Positions 1 to 8,810 of a stretch of DNA of 24,102 bases are shown one piece after another (positions within the stretch are counted from its first letter, which is position 1; every line of letters begins with the position of its first letter). The position numbers and the translations under genes were made by a program. This DNA comes from Leptospirales bacterium (GTDB lineage Bacteria > Spirochaetota > Leptospiria > Turneriellales > JAOUFE01), in the NCBI GenBank assembly GCA_040326155.1, contig JBEQLE010000059.1, positions 4,457 to 28,558 of the forward strand, read 5' to 3'. The notes below the pieces were generated by a model that did no database searches, had not been told where the DNA came from, and was given only the letters and a program-made list of their open reading frames with translations.

Positions 1-1
1 G

Positions 2-958
2 TACGATACAGATATTGGTAACATGAGGATTGTCGGCCCAGGTCAAAATGCGGGGGTCTATCGTGTACCCGACACAGACCAGGCGGTTGCAGCGGTTACA
101 GATTGTAATTCGTTTTATGTATCGATTGACCCATACGAAGGGGCGAGACATGCTATTGCCGAGTCTTTTCGAAACCTGGTCGCTTCGGGGGCTGTTCCAG
201 CGGGTGTGACGAATTGTTTGAATTTTGCGAATCCATATAAACCCGAAAATTATTATTTTTTTGAAAGAGCCGTCAAAGGGATGTCTGATGCTTCCGAAAC
301 TTTGAAATTGCCGATTACCAGCGGGAATGTCTCTTTTTATAATGAATCTGCCGAAGGCCCGGTATTGCCCACGCCCACCATAGGTATGGTTGGTTTATTG
401 GACGATTACCGAAAAGCTATTACGGGTATATTATATCCTGATCGTGATCTTTATTTGGTTGGTCATTTTCGTCCGTCTCTGGAAGGGTCCCAATATGGAT
501 TAATCGAGTTTGAAAAAAACGGGGTTCGGTTGCCCGAACTTGATTTAAGCAAAGAGGTAGAAGCTGCGCAATTGATTCACGAGGCAAATTCTGCGGGGTT
601 GGTTGACGCAGTTGTGGATCTGTCCATGGGTGGTCTAATTTTCGCTCTTCTGAAAATGCTGTTTGCAGGTAAAGATAAAGAGGACGTTTTGCCCGGTTTT
701 ACATTTTCGTTGTCGGGTGAGTTGTCGTCCATACAGGGCGATACTTTATTCTGGGGTGAAAGCGCTCATACTTATTTAATAGCAGTTCAAAAATCGAATT
801 CGGAAAATTTCGAAAAAAGCGCTGAAAAAAACGGTGTCGCGATTTCGAAACTGGGTTCTTCGAACGATTCGGGCATACTTCTATTGAATGAAATGGAAAT
901 TGATGTAACCGATATTTATACCGCCTGGGACAGCTCCCTGGCTGATGTGTTGCATTGA
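2..958 (+). CDS. purL: Phosphoribosylformylglycinamidine synthase subunit PurL, C-terminal part (5' truncated by window edge)
   Basis: Frame is open from base 2 (YDTDIGNM...). PurL C-terminal motifs include DPYEGARHAIAESFRNLVASGA, TNCLNFANP, PITSGNVSFYNE, PTPTIGMVG and DLSMGG. Confidence 0.95.
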   Translation, partial: YDTDIGNMRIVGPGQNAGVYRVPDTDQAVAAVTDCNSFYVSIDPYEGARHAIAESFRNLVASGAVPAGVTNCLNFANPYKPENYYFFERAVKGMSDASETLKLPITSGNVSFYNESAEGPVLPTPTIGMVGLLDDYRKAITGILYPDRDLYLVGHFRPSLEGSQYGLIEFEKNGVRLPELDLSKEVEAAQLIHEANSAGLVDAVVDLSMGGLIFALLKMLFAGKDKEDVLPGFTFSLSGELSSIQGDTLFWGESAHTYLIAVQKSNSENFEKSAEKNGVAISKLGSSNDSGILLLNEMEIDVTDIYTAWDSSLADVLH

Positions 959-972
959 CTTTTATGGTATTT

Positions 973-1644
973 TTACCAGTAATCCCACGGGTTGAAGCGC
1001 TCCAGGCGGAAGTCCTTGTGTTTAGGAGCCTCGGTGGGTAAAACAACACCCGCGTATAATTTAATGCCCAGCCAATAGAACGCTGCTTCATGAAAAGCCG
1101 AATGGCTTCGAGCCTGGTTCTGCAATCGAACATTACCCCTGGTACGAAACGGAAACCATACCAGCTTAGCCGAAGGAAGCCGCGATCGCGGGCGCAATGG
1201 CTGAACCCCTGACGGCAACGGCCCGGACTTCCCGAAACAAATCATTTCCAGTTTATCTAAATTCGATTCGAGGGCCAGGCGCACCAGATGAGTCATTGTG
1301 CAATACATCAAACCCGCAGTCATTCTAATGAAGAATTCATCTTCGCCATATAAGCAAAGCTTATGGCGGTGCATTTCTTCGACCCCCAGATGTTCTTTTG
1401 CGAGCGCCTGCAACTTCTTGAATTTTGGTTTTTCCCAGAAACGCTGGCAATAGCCGATATTTTTTCGTGCATCGGTCCGCTTGATCAGACGAAACAGACA
1501 ATATCGTACCACCCACGAATAAGTCTTATCTTTATGCAATGCGATGCGGACGATTCTCTTCCAGATTTCGCTTTTCAATCGAACTTCCAGAATATTGTCA
1601 GGTTGGATAGGCAGTTGTTCATACGGCGTATTATTGTTGATCAT
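973..1644 (-). CDS. Tandem ribbon-helix-helix-like protein, paralogue 1 (possibly DUF1564-like); alternative start at 1680
   Basis: Two strand-helix-helix patterns: LEVRLKSEIWKRIVRIALHKDKTYSWVVRYCL and HKLCLYGEDEFFIRMTAGLMYCTMTHLVRLAL. Clear paralogy to 4984..5544 supports that it is coding. Confidence 0.65.
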   Translation of the reverse strand: MINNNTPYEQLPIQPDNILEVRLKSEIWKRIVRIALHKDKTYSWVVRYCLFRLIKRTDARKNIGYCQRFWEKPKFKKLQALAKEHLGVEEMHRHKLCLYGEDEFFIRMTAGLMYCTMTHLVRLALESNLDKLEMICFGKSGPLPSGVQPLRPRSRLPSAKLVWFPFRTRGNVRLQNQARSHSAFHEAAFYWLGIKLYAGVVLPTEAPKHKDFRLERFNPWDYW

Positions 1645-1651
1645 ACCAGTG

Positions 1652-1680
1652 TAATAGGCAAAAGTGCTGTTTTTTTTCAT
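1652..1680 (-). promoter_or_regulatory. Putative sigma28-like promoter, ATGAAA-N15-GCCTATTA, 7 nt before the ATG at 1644
   Basis: Resembles the sigma28 consensus TAAA-N15-GCCGATAA. The same motif and spacing recur at 4948..4976 (+) and 23658..23686 (-). Confidence 0.45.
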
Positions 1681-1755
1681 CTGCTTCGTGGTATTTTTGT
1701 TTCACAAAAAAATCCGAGAGATTTAGGAAGGGGGAGATGGTAAATTACCCACCTG

Positions 1756-1787
1756 TCGTAGGTACACGATTAATCGCGTACCTACGA
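1756..1787. repeat. GTAG-type REP-like palindrome
   Basis: TCGTAGGTACACGATTAATCGCGTACCTACGA is a 32-bp palindrome with one mismatched pair and GTAG/CTAC ends, lying in an intergenic region. Confidence 0.7.
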
Positions 1788-1841
1788 GCCACGGAAATAT
1801 AAAAGGGGAAGCGTAGAACCGCGCCGAAGGCTCGGGTCGCA

Positions 1842-1891
1842 GCGGGGGGAAAATCGATAAAACGGGCGGAGAATTTACCCGTTTTCCCCGC
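1842..1891 (-). terminator. Hairpin downstream of the LOG gene, possible intrinsic terminator
   Basis: AAAACGGG (1859-1866) pairs with CCCGTTTT (1878-1885). Outer GCGGGG/CCCCGC pair. About 30 nt past the stop at 1922. Confidence 0.4.
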
Positions 1892-1921
1892 ATAGTGAAG
1901 TTTAGTTTGAGCTGACTTTTA

Positions 1922-2737
1922 TTATGGAATAAAATTACCGGTTGGGCCGGACCCTTCCATATACAAATTGTTTAAATACTGAGTGAGATAATCGTAAGCT
2001 TCATCAACGGTATCGGCGAAAAAAACAAACTCCATGTCGGACTCATCGATTACTCCCCATTCAACAAAAGCGTCGAAGTTGATGAGACTATTCCAGTACT
2101 CCTTGCCGTAAAATACGATGGGCATGGGCTTGTTCAACTTGTGAGTTTGCTTGAGAGTTAGCAGTTCGAAAATTTCATCAACGGTGCCAAAGCCACCAGG
2201 AAAAACAGCGAGAGCTTTTGCCAGGTAGGTGAACCAGTATTTGCGCATAAAAAAATAGTTAAAATCGAAAGAGAGCGAGTGGGTTATATAGCGATTCGGA
2301 GACTGTTCAAAGGGCAACGCAATGTTTAAACCGATCGAAGTGCCGCGAGCCAGGTAGGCTCCACGGTTTGCCGCTTCCATAATTCCCGGACCGCCGCCTG
2401 AAGCGATTAAAAAACGGGGGGACCCTTTCGGAAGACTTTTGGACCATTCTGTCATCCGGTAAGCAAGTTGGGTGGCTTCCACGTAATAGTTGGCCAACTT
2501 TTTCATCTTGTCCAGCCGTTTGGTCTCCACTTCGGTAAGATCTTTCTTTTCGGCCTCGGCTAAAACTTTTCGCATTTCACGTGGGGACTTTGCCCTCGCT
2601 GAACCGAAAAATACTAACGCATCGGTAATTTTCTTTTGCTCAAATACTTGAAGTGGGTGAAAATATTCCGATAATATCCTGATGGAACGTGCCTCGGAAG
2701 ACTCTAAAAATTCTTTATCAAAATACGATTTATCCAT
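1922..2737 (-). CDS. LOG-family (TIGR00730-like) nucleotide phosphoribohydrolase; alternative start at 2758
   Basis: Signature motifs VFFGSAR, SGGGPGIMEAANRGA, SIGLNIALPFEQ, YFFMRK and PGGFGTVDE. Confidence 0.93.
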   Translation of the reverse strand: MDKSYFDKEFLESSEARSIRILSEYFHPLQVFEQKKITDALVFFGSARAKSPREMRKVLAEAEKKDLTEVETKRLDKMKKLANYYVEATQLAYRMTEWSKSLPKGSPRFLIASGGGPGIMEAANRGAYLARGTSIGLNIALPFEQSPNRYITHSLSFDFNYFFMRKYWFTYLAKALAVFPGGFGTVDEIFELLTLKQTHKLNKPMPIVFYGKEYWNSLINFDAFVEWGVIDESDMEFVFFADTVDEAYDYLTQYLNNLYMEGSGPTGNFIP

Positions 2738-3305
2738 GGGGCTTCTACGTTTTTTCATTCTATTGACTATTTTTATCGTCCCCCTTTATCGGCAACAACA
2801 AATTTATTCTGCCGTAAGACAGGTCCACTGGAATATATCCGATCATCAATGGGAAAAACGCAAGTTGAGAAACCACGGTCCCTACCTGGTCGAGGGAAAA
2901 GGGGGAATGCAGGTTTTAATTGGCGAGAGCGAGATCTATGTACGAAACTCCCTTGGCGAACCCACCCGGCGCAGCTATGGAAAAAATGACGTGTTGTATT
3001 ACCAGCGAAGAACCTACCGGGGTGAAATCTGGCTACGCAAAGGATTCGTCGTGCGAATTATTTTCTACGCACAAAAACACATTTCACAATCGTTTCACTG
3101 GAGAACCGCAATGGGACTGCGCCAGTTGATGGTACAAGATAAGTCCCAAGAAGAGGCCGTGGACTTTATTTTAGAATTTTACGAGCAACCGCGTCACCTG
3201 GTAAAAACGAACACCCTAAACATACACTCGCGGGGAATTTTGTTTCAATGGGAAGGCGATATTCTGCGAAAAGTCGAAATATTCGAACCCTGGGATTATT
3301 ATTAG
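2736..3305 (+). CDS. Hypothetical protein with an N-terminal signal or anchor sequence
   Basis: 189-aa ORF from MGLLRFFILLTIFIVPL fills the gap between the LOG gene and mazG. No family recognised. Confidence 0.6.
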   Translation: MGLLRFFILLTIFIVPLYRQQQIYSAVRQVHWNISDHQWEKRKLRNHGPYLVEGKGGMQVLIGESEIYVRNSLGEPTRRSYGKNDVLYYQRRTYRGEIWLRKGFVVRIIFYAQKHISQSFHWRTAMGLRQLMVQDKSQEEAVDFILEFYEQPRHLVKTNTLNIHSRGILFQWEGDILRKVEIFEPWDYY

Positions 3306-3329
3306 ACTGTTATCGATTATTCGTTTGGA

Positions 3330-4253
3330 TTACTCGTTTTTTTGTTTTCCCAGTTTTTCGTGTTTTTTCACATCACTCCAGGCAACTTCCCATTCGTCCA
3401 GCGAAGGAAAATCATGGTTGCTTAGCCGTTCGCGAAAAACCGACTCCATTTTTTCAAATCGCGATTGAAATTTTCGGTTAGCCTTTTGTAAAGCAAATTC
3501 GGGGTCAATATAGTAATGACGGGCAAGCTGGGCGATTACAAATAAAAGATCACCGACCTCTTCTTCGGCTCTCTCTTTTTTCGCAGCCATCTTATTGTCG
3601 TGACCATGTTCATCACCATTATCGCGAAGAATGTCTTTAAAGTCTGTGGCGTTTGACGGCAGCTCGGCCAAAAACTCCTGATACTCCTCTTGAACTTTAT
3701 CGTGTAACGCGTTCGTTCCCTCCGGCGCAACCCAGTCAAAGTTCACCCTGGAAACTTTGTGCCCCATACGATACGACTTCAAAAGCGCCGGTAGGGCTCC
3801 GGGAATTCCCGAAAGCATAGATTCGTCACCCTGGTTTTTACCCTCTTTTTCTTTTCGCTTCAGCGCCTCCCAGTTCGAAAGAACCTCGTCAGCGTTTTTA
3901 CCTTCGGCGTCGCCATACACATGAGGATGGCGAAAAATCAATTTTTCAGTCGCCGCCAGTGCGACATCGTCCAAATTGAAATGGCCGACCTCGCTTGCCA
4001 TCTGAGAATGAAACACAACCTGAAACAAAAGATCGCCAAGCTCCTCTTTGAATTCTCGAACAGTCGCAGGTTTTTTCGGGTCAAGATTTTCAATTGCACC
4101 GGCGACTTCATAGCTCTCTTCAATTAAATTTTCAACCACACTCAGGTGGGTCTGTTTCACATCCCAGGGGCATCCTTCGTCGGGGTCTCGTAAATCGTTT
4201 GCAAGTTTCTGAATTGCTTTTAAAGGGTCATCCAGGGGCGGTGGTTGTTTCAT
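3330..4253 (-). CDS. mazG: Nucleoside triphosphate pyrophosphohydrolase MazG (two-domain)
   Basis: Motifs LRDPDEGCPWDVKQT, EESYEV, EELGDLLFQVVFH, KLIFRHPHVYG and EEEVGDLLF...PEFALQKANRKF. Confidence 0.95.
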   Translation of the reverse strand: MKQPPPLDDPLKAIQKLANDLRDPDEGCPWDVKQTHLSVVENLIEESYEVAGAIENLDPKKPATVREFKEELGDLLFQVVFHSQMASEVGHFNLDDVALAATEKLIFRHPHVYGDAEGKNADEVLSNWEALKRKEKEGKNQGDESMLSGIPGALPALLKSYRMGHKVSRVNFDWVAPEGTNALHDKVQEEYQEFLAELPSNATDFKDILRDNGDEHGHDNKMAAKKERAEEEVGDLLFVIAQLARHYYIDPEFALQKANRKFQSRFEKMESVFRERLSNHDFPSLDEWEVAWSDVKKHEKLGKQKNE

Positions 4254-4325
4254 GGTTTACGAACGCAAAAAACAGACAATACGAAAAGTAAAAAACCAAT
4301 AGGGGGAAAGCTGGTTTTAACCCTA

Positions 4326-4859
4326 TTAACGTGATTCTCTTTTTGTTTCAAAGAAACTTATTTCGATTTTATTGTTTGCTACACGGTTCTTAAAATACAT
4401 TTTAATAATTTTAATAATCAAATTATTGTCTTCGATATCAATAGGGTGCAAGGAATTAGAAAAAACCAGAGCGGAGACCGTTTTAATTTCGTAAGAAAAA
4501 ATTTGCTTTTCAGTTTGCTTTGTTGAAATTTCGTAATTTCGAATTATTTGATCTTCTTTGGAATCAATATTTTCCGAAATAACAACGCTGTATTTTCCAT
4601 TGTTTAACGGGATCATCTCTTCAGATTTTTCCATCGTTTTTATCTGGTTTATAGCCAGAATTAACTGAAGTTGAAGCGACTTGTTGTTTAATTGCCCGGA
4701 AATAATTTCCAGAATTTTATCTTCATGGTATTTTATAACTTTACTTTCAATGAAAATTATACTTTGCGTTTTGTTTATACACTTTTCAGTTTGCTGTTTT
4801 GTACTGGTATTACAATTAAATAGTAGAAGTAATATGGACATTCCTAAGTATTTCTTCAT
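4326..4859 (-). CDS. Hypothetical lipoprotein
   Basis: MKKYLGMSILLLLFNC is a spirochaete-style signal II. An AAGGAG RBS lies before the ATG. Visibly more AT-rich than its neighbours. Confidence 0.7.
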   Translation of the reverse strand: MKKYLGMSILLLLFNCNTSTKQQTEKCINKTQSIIFIESKVIKYHEDKILEIISGQLNNKSLQLQLILAINQIKTMEKSEEMIPLNNGKYSVVISENIDSKEDQIIRNYEISTKQTEKQIFSYEIKTVSALVFSNSLHPIDIEDNNLIIKIIKMYFKNRVANNKIEISFFETKRESR

Positions 4860-4893
4860 TTATGCTCCTTAAATGTTATCACTGAATTATGCT

Positions 4894-4922
4894 ATTGTTC
4901 AGGCATTTAGGCATTATGTCAA
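4894..4922 (-). promoter_or_regulatory. Putative sigma70 promoter of the lipoprotein gene
   Basis: TTGACA-N17-AACAAT on the minus strand, about 35 nt upstream of the ATG at 4859. Confidence 0.4.
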
Positions 4923-4947
4923 TAAAAATGGAAAAAACAGACAAAAA

Positions 4948-4976
4948 ATGAAAAAATTCCCAACTTTTTCCTATTA
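4948..4976 (+). promoter_or_regulatory. Putative sigma28-like promoter, ATGAAA-N15-TCCTATTA, 7 nt before the ATG at 4984
   Basis: 4948..4986 matches 1680..1642 (-) at 31 of 39 nt, including third codon positions. Confidence 0.45.
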
Positions 4977-4983
4977 CACTTAT

Positions 4984-5544
4984 ATGAAGAATGTAACTAC
5001 GTATCGAAAACTGAAGATTCCCATTGACAATGTTTTAGAAATTCGGCTGCCTCCTTTGTCCTGGAATAAAGTAAAATGGGTGGCAATCTGTACATTCAGA
5101 ACCCATTCCTGGGTTGTCCGATATGCTGTTTTTCGGATGATTAAACGAAACGGGCAATTTCATCCGGATGGCGAAAATGCGGGGTTGCGCTCTGCTAAAA
5201 TTGCAAAGTTAAATGATCTGGTGCGAGGCGAACGAGCCAATAGTCAAAAGAAACATAGACATCGACTTTGTTTATACGGCAAGGATGAGTTGTTTATTCG
5301 AATTGCTGCTGCGAAAATGGGATGTACGATGTCTCATCTAGTTCGTCTGGCGCTGGCGATGTATCTGGATGATTTGGTGAGCAAGTTTTATATTGGGCGC
5401 TCCCGGGGCCGTAATGGCAGGTTCAGTGGTCCGGCGTGGAAGTGCCTGGGGATTAAGATTTACCGTGGTGTGAGATTCCACACCACGGTTATAAGACACC
5501 AGCATTTCGAGTTCATCTACTACAAACCCGGCGATTACTGGTAA
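4984..5544 (+). CDS. Tandem ribbon-helix-helix-like protein, paralogue 2; alternative start at 4948
   Basis: Shares DN(V/I)LE(I/V)RL, SWVVRY, H(R/K)LCLYG.DE.FIR, CTM.HLVRLAL, LGIK.Y.GV and the terminal P.DYW with 973..1644. Confidence 0.65.
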   Translation: MKNVTTYRKLKIPIDNVLEIRLPPLSWNKVKWVAICTFRTHSWVVRYAVFRMIKRNGQFHPDGENAGLRSAKIAKLNDLVRGERANSQKKHRHRLCLYGKDELFIRIAAAKMGCTMSHLVRLALAMYLDDLVSKFYIGRSRGRNGRFSGPAWKCLGIKIYRGVRFHTTVIRHQHFEFIYYKPGDYW

Positions 5545-5741
5545 TACCCGACCCGCTCTGGAAAATTCCGGGGTACTTACCCACACCGTCGCTCCCATAC
5601 ATATATACGAGAACCCGTCACAGGTCAGAAATGCACCACTTGCAATACCCGGAAGAAGCGCGATTGCTACCGTAATGCGACGTCGTCACCCATCTTAATA
5701 CAATACTCTTTACAGGGCGAATGGCGGGGGTGGTTTAACCC

Positions 5742-6629
5742 ATGGGGCTTTGGAAGGCGGTTGTTGATTTTTCGAAAATGGTGAAGCTTTCGCACACTGT
5801 TTTTGCGCTGCCCTTTGCTTTGGTTGCCGTGGTTATTATTTATAAAAACGGAGCGAGCTTGATCGGGGTGAAAGAAGTCATTTATATTGTACTTGCTTTT
5901 ACCGGGGCCAGAAGTTTTTCGATGGCTTTTAACCGGATTGTCGATGCGCGTATTGACGCTCGAAATCCCAGGACGGCGAACCGGGAGATTCCTTCGGGGG
6001 TGCTAAGTGGTAACCAGGTTTGGGTGTTTGCTCTTTTGTCGCTTATCGTGTTGTGGGTTTTTGCCTGGCTTTTAAGCCCCGTGGCTTTTTATCTGAGTTT
6101 TCCCGTACTTGCACTTCTTGCCGGGTATAGTTATGCGAAACGCTTTACATGGTTTTGCCATATCTGGCTTGGTGCTGTAATCGGGTTGGCTCCCATCGGG
6201 GTCGATATTGCTCTTACCCAGTCGCTTACTTTGACCTCCGGAATTTTATTTGGCATACTTACGACTTACATTGCTGGGTTTGACATTCTTTATTCGATTC
6301 AGGATGTCAATTTTGACAGGGAAAATGGTCTGCAGTCGATACCCGTTCGGTTTGGTATACATGTTTCGTTGTGGATTTCCACATTTTTGCATCTGCTTGC
6401 CTGTGCTGGTTTTTTTCTATTCTGGCAGATGGAAGGGTTTGGGATGATTTTTCTGGGAGGGGCGGTTTTATTAACCCTACTGGTTTTTGCCGAACACTTT
6501 GTCGTCGGTTGGGGAAAGAATGTAAAGAAAGATAGAATTCCAATGGCATTTTTTCACTTTAACAGTAGTATAAGTATTTTATTTCTGGTCTCGGTATTGG
6601 CCGATGTTTTTAGTGGTGCGAGTTTATAA
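5742..6629 (+). CDS. ubiA: UbiA-family polyprenyltransferase (MqnP-like)
   Basis: Motifs VKLSHTVFALPFA, NRIVDARIDARNPRTANREIPSG, YSYAKRFT and GFDILYSIQDVNFDRENGLQSIP. Multiple TM helices; adjacent to ubiX. Confidence 0.9.
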   Translation: MGLWKAVVDFSKMVKLSHTVFALPFALVAVVIIYKNGASLIGVKEVIYIVLAFTGARSFSMAFNRIVDARIDARNPRTANREIPSGVLSGNQVWVFALLSLIVLWVFAWLLSPVAFYLSFPVLALLAGYSYAKRFTWFCHIWLGAVIGLAPIGVDIALTQSLTLTSGILFGILTTYIAGFDILYSIQDVNFDRENGLQSIPVRFGIHVSLWISTFLHLLACAGFFLFWQMEGFGMIFLGGAVLLTLLVFAEHFVVGWGKNVKKDRIPMAFFHFNSSISILFLVSVLADVFSGASL

Positions 6630-6630
6630 T

Positions 6631-7281
6631 ATGAGTAACATGAGCAATATGAATAAAACGAAAAAGAAATTTTTAATAGCATCGACGGGGGGTTCCGGAA
6701 GCGGTTATCTTTTGCGTTTGTTGTATCACCTCGCCGATGTTGAAGCAGAGGTTCACTGGGTCGCCACCGATAATTTTAGCCTGGTTATGCAATCCGAATT
6801 TGATACCGATTTTTCTTCTGCGAAAGATGATGAAATAATAGATAACGTATATCGCTTGTTTAACTCGACTCCGGTTGAAACCTCACTCAAAATAAAAGTA
6901 TTTTCCCCTGATGATCTCGGGGCGCCACCTGCCAGTGGTTCGGCGAATTATGACGGAATGTGTATTTTACCTTGCAGTATGAAAACCCTGGGGGCCGTTG
7001 CTTCGGGGCTTGCGTCTAATCTTATTGAAAGGTCTGCGGATGTCTCTTTAAAAGAGCGTCGTAAGTTGATTTTAGCTGTGCGGGAAACACCCTATAATCT
7101 GGTCCATATAGAAAATATGAAAAGGGCTACGCTTGCGGGTGCCACTATAATGCCGGCTTCGCCTGGTTTTTACCACAAGCCAAAAACTATTGAAGACATT
7201 TATGATTTTCTCGTCGACCGAATTTTTATTCACCTGGGAATAGATAAAAGAATTATCGCGCCCTGGGGTGAATCAACGTGA
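6631..7281 (+). CDS. ubiX: Flavin prenyltransferase UbiX
   Basis: Motifs TGGSG, ASGS, PCSMKTL, NLIERSADVSLKERRKLILAVRETP and PASPGFYHKP. Start could be 6631, 6640 or 6649. Confidence 0.93.
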   Translation: MSNMSNMNKTKKKFLIASTGGSGSGYLLRLLYHLADVEAEVHWVATDNFSLVMQSEFDTDFSSAKDDEIIDNVYRLFNSTPVETSLKIKVFSPDDLGAPPASGSANYDGMCILPCSMKTLGAVASGLASNLIERSADVSLKERRKLILAVRETPYNLVHIENMKRATLAGATIMPASPGFYHKPKTIEDIYDFLVDRIFIHLGIDKRIIAPWGEST

Positions 7282-8637
7282 AATATAACGAAAGTAACCG
7301 CGCTCTTTTTTATAAGCGCGAACCAGAGCCTCGGCTTTTTCCATGTCAATATTAAAAAGTTTTCTGGCGGCTATGGCTCGCATTTCTTCGGTTTCATAAC
7401 TTGTGTGAATTGTCTCCAGAACGGCATAGATGAGCCCTCGGTGACTGAATCCTTCTGCTGCAATTTTTTTCAGTTCAAAATAGTTTTTTTCGGGGTGAAG
7501 TTTTTGAAGACCAGCAAAAACAATTTTTGAAATTGGCTTGTGGGTAGAGTCAGACTCTTTCACGACCTCCAGTAGAGCGTTTTCCATATGGTCGACCTGA
7601 GCTTCGGTAAATTCATATTTTTTTAATATTTCATAGGTTGCCGTTTTCGGCGGAAGCTTACGGAGTTTCCTTGCCCTTGGAATTGAAATTACCGGACCTT
7701 TTGGCAGAAGTAATTTACCCAGTTCAATGCGCGCAGCCTTCAGAGTTATTCCTTGAATGGCAGCATATGTTGATTCTATTTTTGACCTTTGCGTTCTTGT
7801 TTTTGCTTTTACATAATCACCTTTTAGTTTTTTATCCCACTTTTTGGCAAACTCGGGAGATTCTGAACCGAGAACTTTCAAGACTATTTCCTTGTCTTCT
7901 GGTTTTAATTCGGGGTGCTCGTATAAGATCATCATTTTTTCTTCAGCTTTGGCTTGCGAAGTTTGTCTTGCCGATTTGTATAGTTCGGTAACTGCCTGCT
8001 CTTTTTTTTCGAGCGGAGCATCGGAGACTATATATTCTGTTAAAATGGATTCGGCCTCTCTCGAAATTTCGAGACTATGTTCGTCGGCGTTTTCTTCCAC
8101 GGTAATTTGTTGTGCAATCGAATGTAATATTATTTCCGCATCTTCGGGTTGTTCATATAACACAGAGTTGAGGGTGTCCAGAGACCGATAGTCTTGTATT
8201 TCACCCAGAACCTCAATCTCTTTCGCGGTAACTTCCCCGTATTCTTCGTAGTTCTCATCGACCTCGTTTAAAATGGTATATTCAATGTCAGACTTCGCGC
8301 CTTCGTCTTCTGTGTCATCGGAGTGTTTGTGAAGAGAGCTTATAGCCGCCTCCCTGTTCGCTTCATCTTCTGAGTTGGCCTGTTCCATCAGGATTTCTCT
8401 GGATTGCTCCGTATTTACATCACCTAATTCATCTATAATATTTTCGTGAAGGTCCGGGTCTTTTTCAGGAGGATCTTTTTCAAGGGCGTTTCCCATCGCT
8501 TCGACGCTTTTTTCATCACCCTCCAGGGCTTTTTCTTTAGCCTTTTCGAGGCTTTCGCCATCTTTAATCTGCGGGGCTGCGCAATAAACTCCTGCAAATA
8601 GAATAAAAATAATGGCAAGTATGGACAGTTTTCTCAT
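7273..8637 (-). CDS. Hypothetical lipoprotein with HEAT-like helical repeats
   Basis: Signal MRKLSILAIIFILFAGVYC. HEAT-like units IIDELGDVNTEQSREIL, NREAAISSL and IEVLGEIQDYRSLDTL. Acidic N-terminal half, basic C-terminal half. Confidence 0.7.
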   Translation of the reverse strand: MRKLSILAIIFILFAGVYCAAPQIKDGESLEKAKEKALEGDEKSVEAMGNALEKDPPEKDPDLHENIIDELGDVNTEQSREILMEQANSEDEANREAAISSLHKHSDDTEDEGAKSDIEYTILNEVDENYEEYGEVTAKEIEVLGEIQDYRSLDTLNSVLYEQPEDAEIILHSIAQQITVEENADEHSLEISREAESILTEYIVSDAPLEKKEQAVTELYKSARQTSQAKAEEKMMILYEHPELKPEDKEIVLKVLGSESPEFAKKWDKKLKGDYVKAKTRTQRSKIESTYAAIQGITLKAARIELGKLLLPKGPVISIPRARKLRKLPPKTATYEILKKYEFTEAQVDHMENALLEVVKESDSTHKPISKIVFAGLQKLHPEKNYFELKKIAAEGFSHRGLIYAVLETIHTSYETEEMRAIAARKLFNIDMEKAEALVRAYKKERGYFRYISR

Positions 8638-8810
8638 AATATAGTATCGATATTTTTTCTGAATTTATGACAAAGAATAGTCATGTATGGGATTGAACAG
8701 CTTAAAAGTATAACGATATAGAATAATTTTGTTTCAATAATTGTTGAAATTATCCGATTACTTTATAAGTAAACCGTATCGAGACTGCGAAGCTTCGCTT
8801 AAAAAATAAT

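Noticed and set aside
699..1743. ORFs 699..1133 (-) and 1363..1743 (+), and similar short ORFs inside larger genes throughout the window
   Set aside because: Shadow frames overlapping well-supported genes, with no motifs of their own.
5545..5654. TTCCGGGTA/TACCCGGAA inverted repeat downstream of RHH paralogue 2
   Set aside because: Only 9 bp, with no target-site duplication or second copy. Insufficient to call a MITE or terminator.
6631..6657. 9-bp period ATGAG(T/C)AA(C/T) repeat (MSNMSNMNK) at the ubiX start
   Set aside because: Short and degenerate. It only makes the start codon ambiguous.
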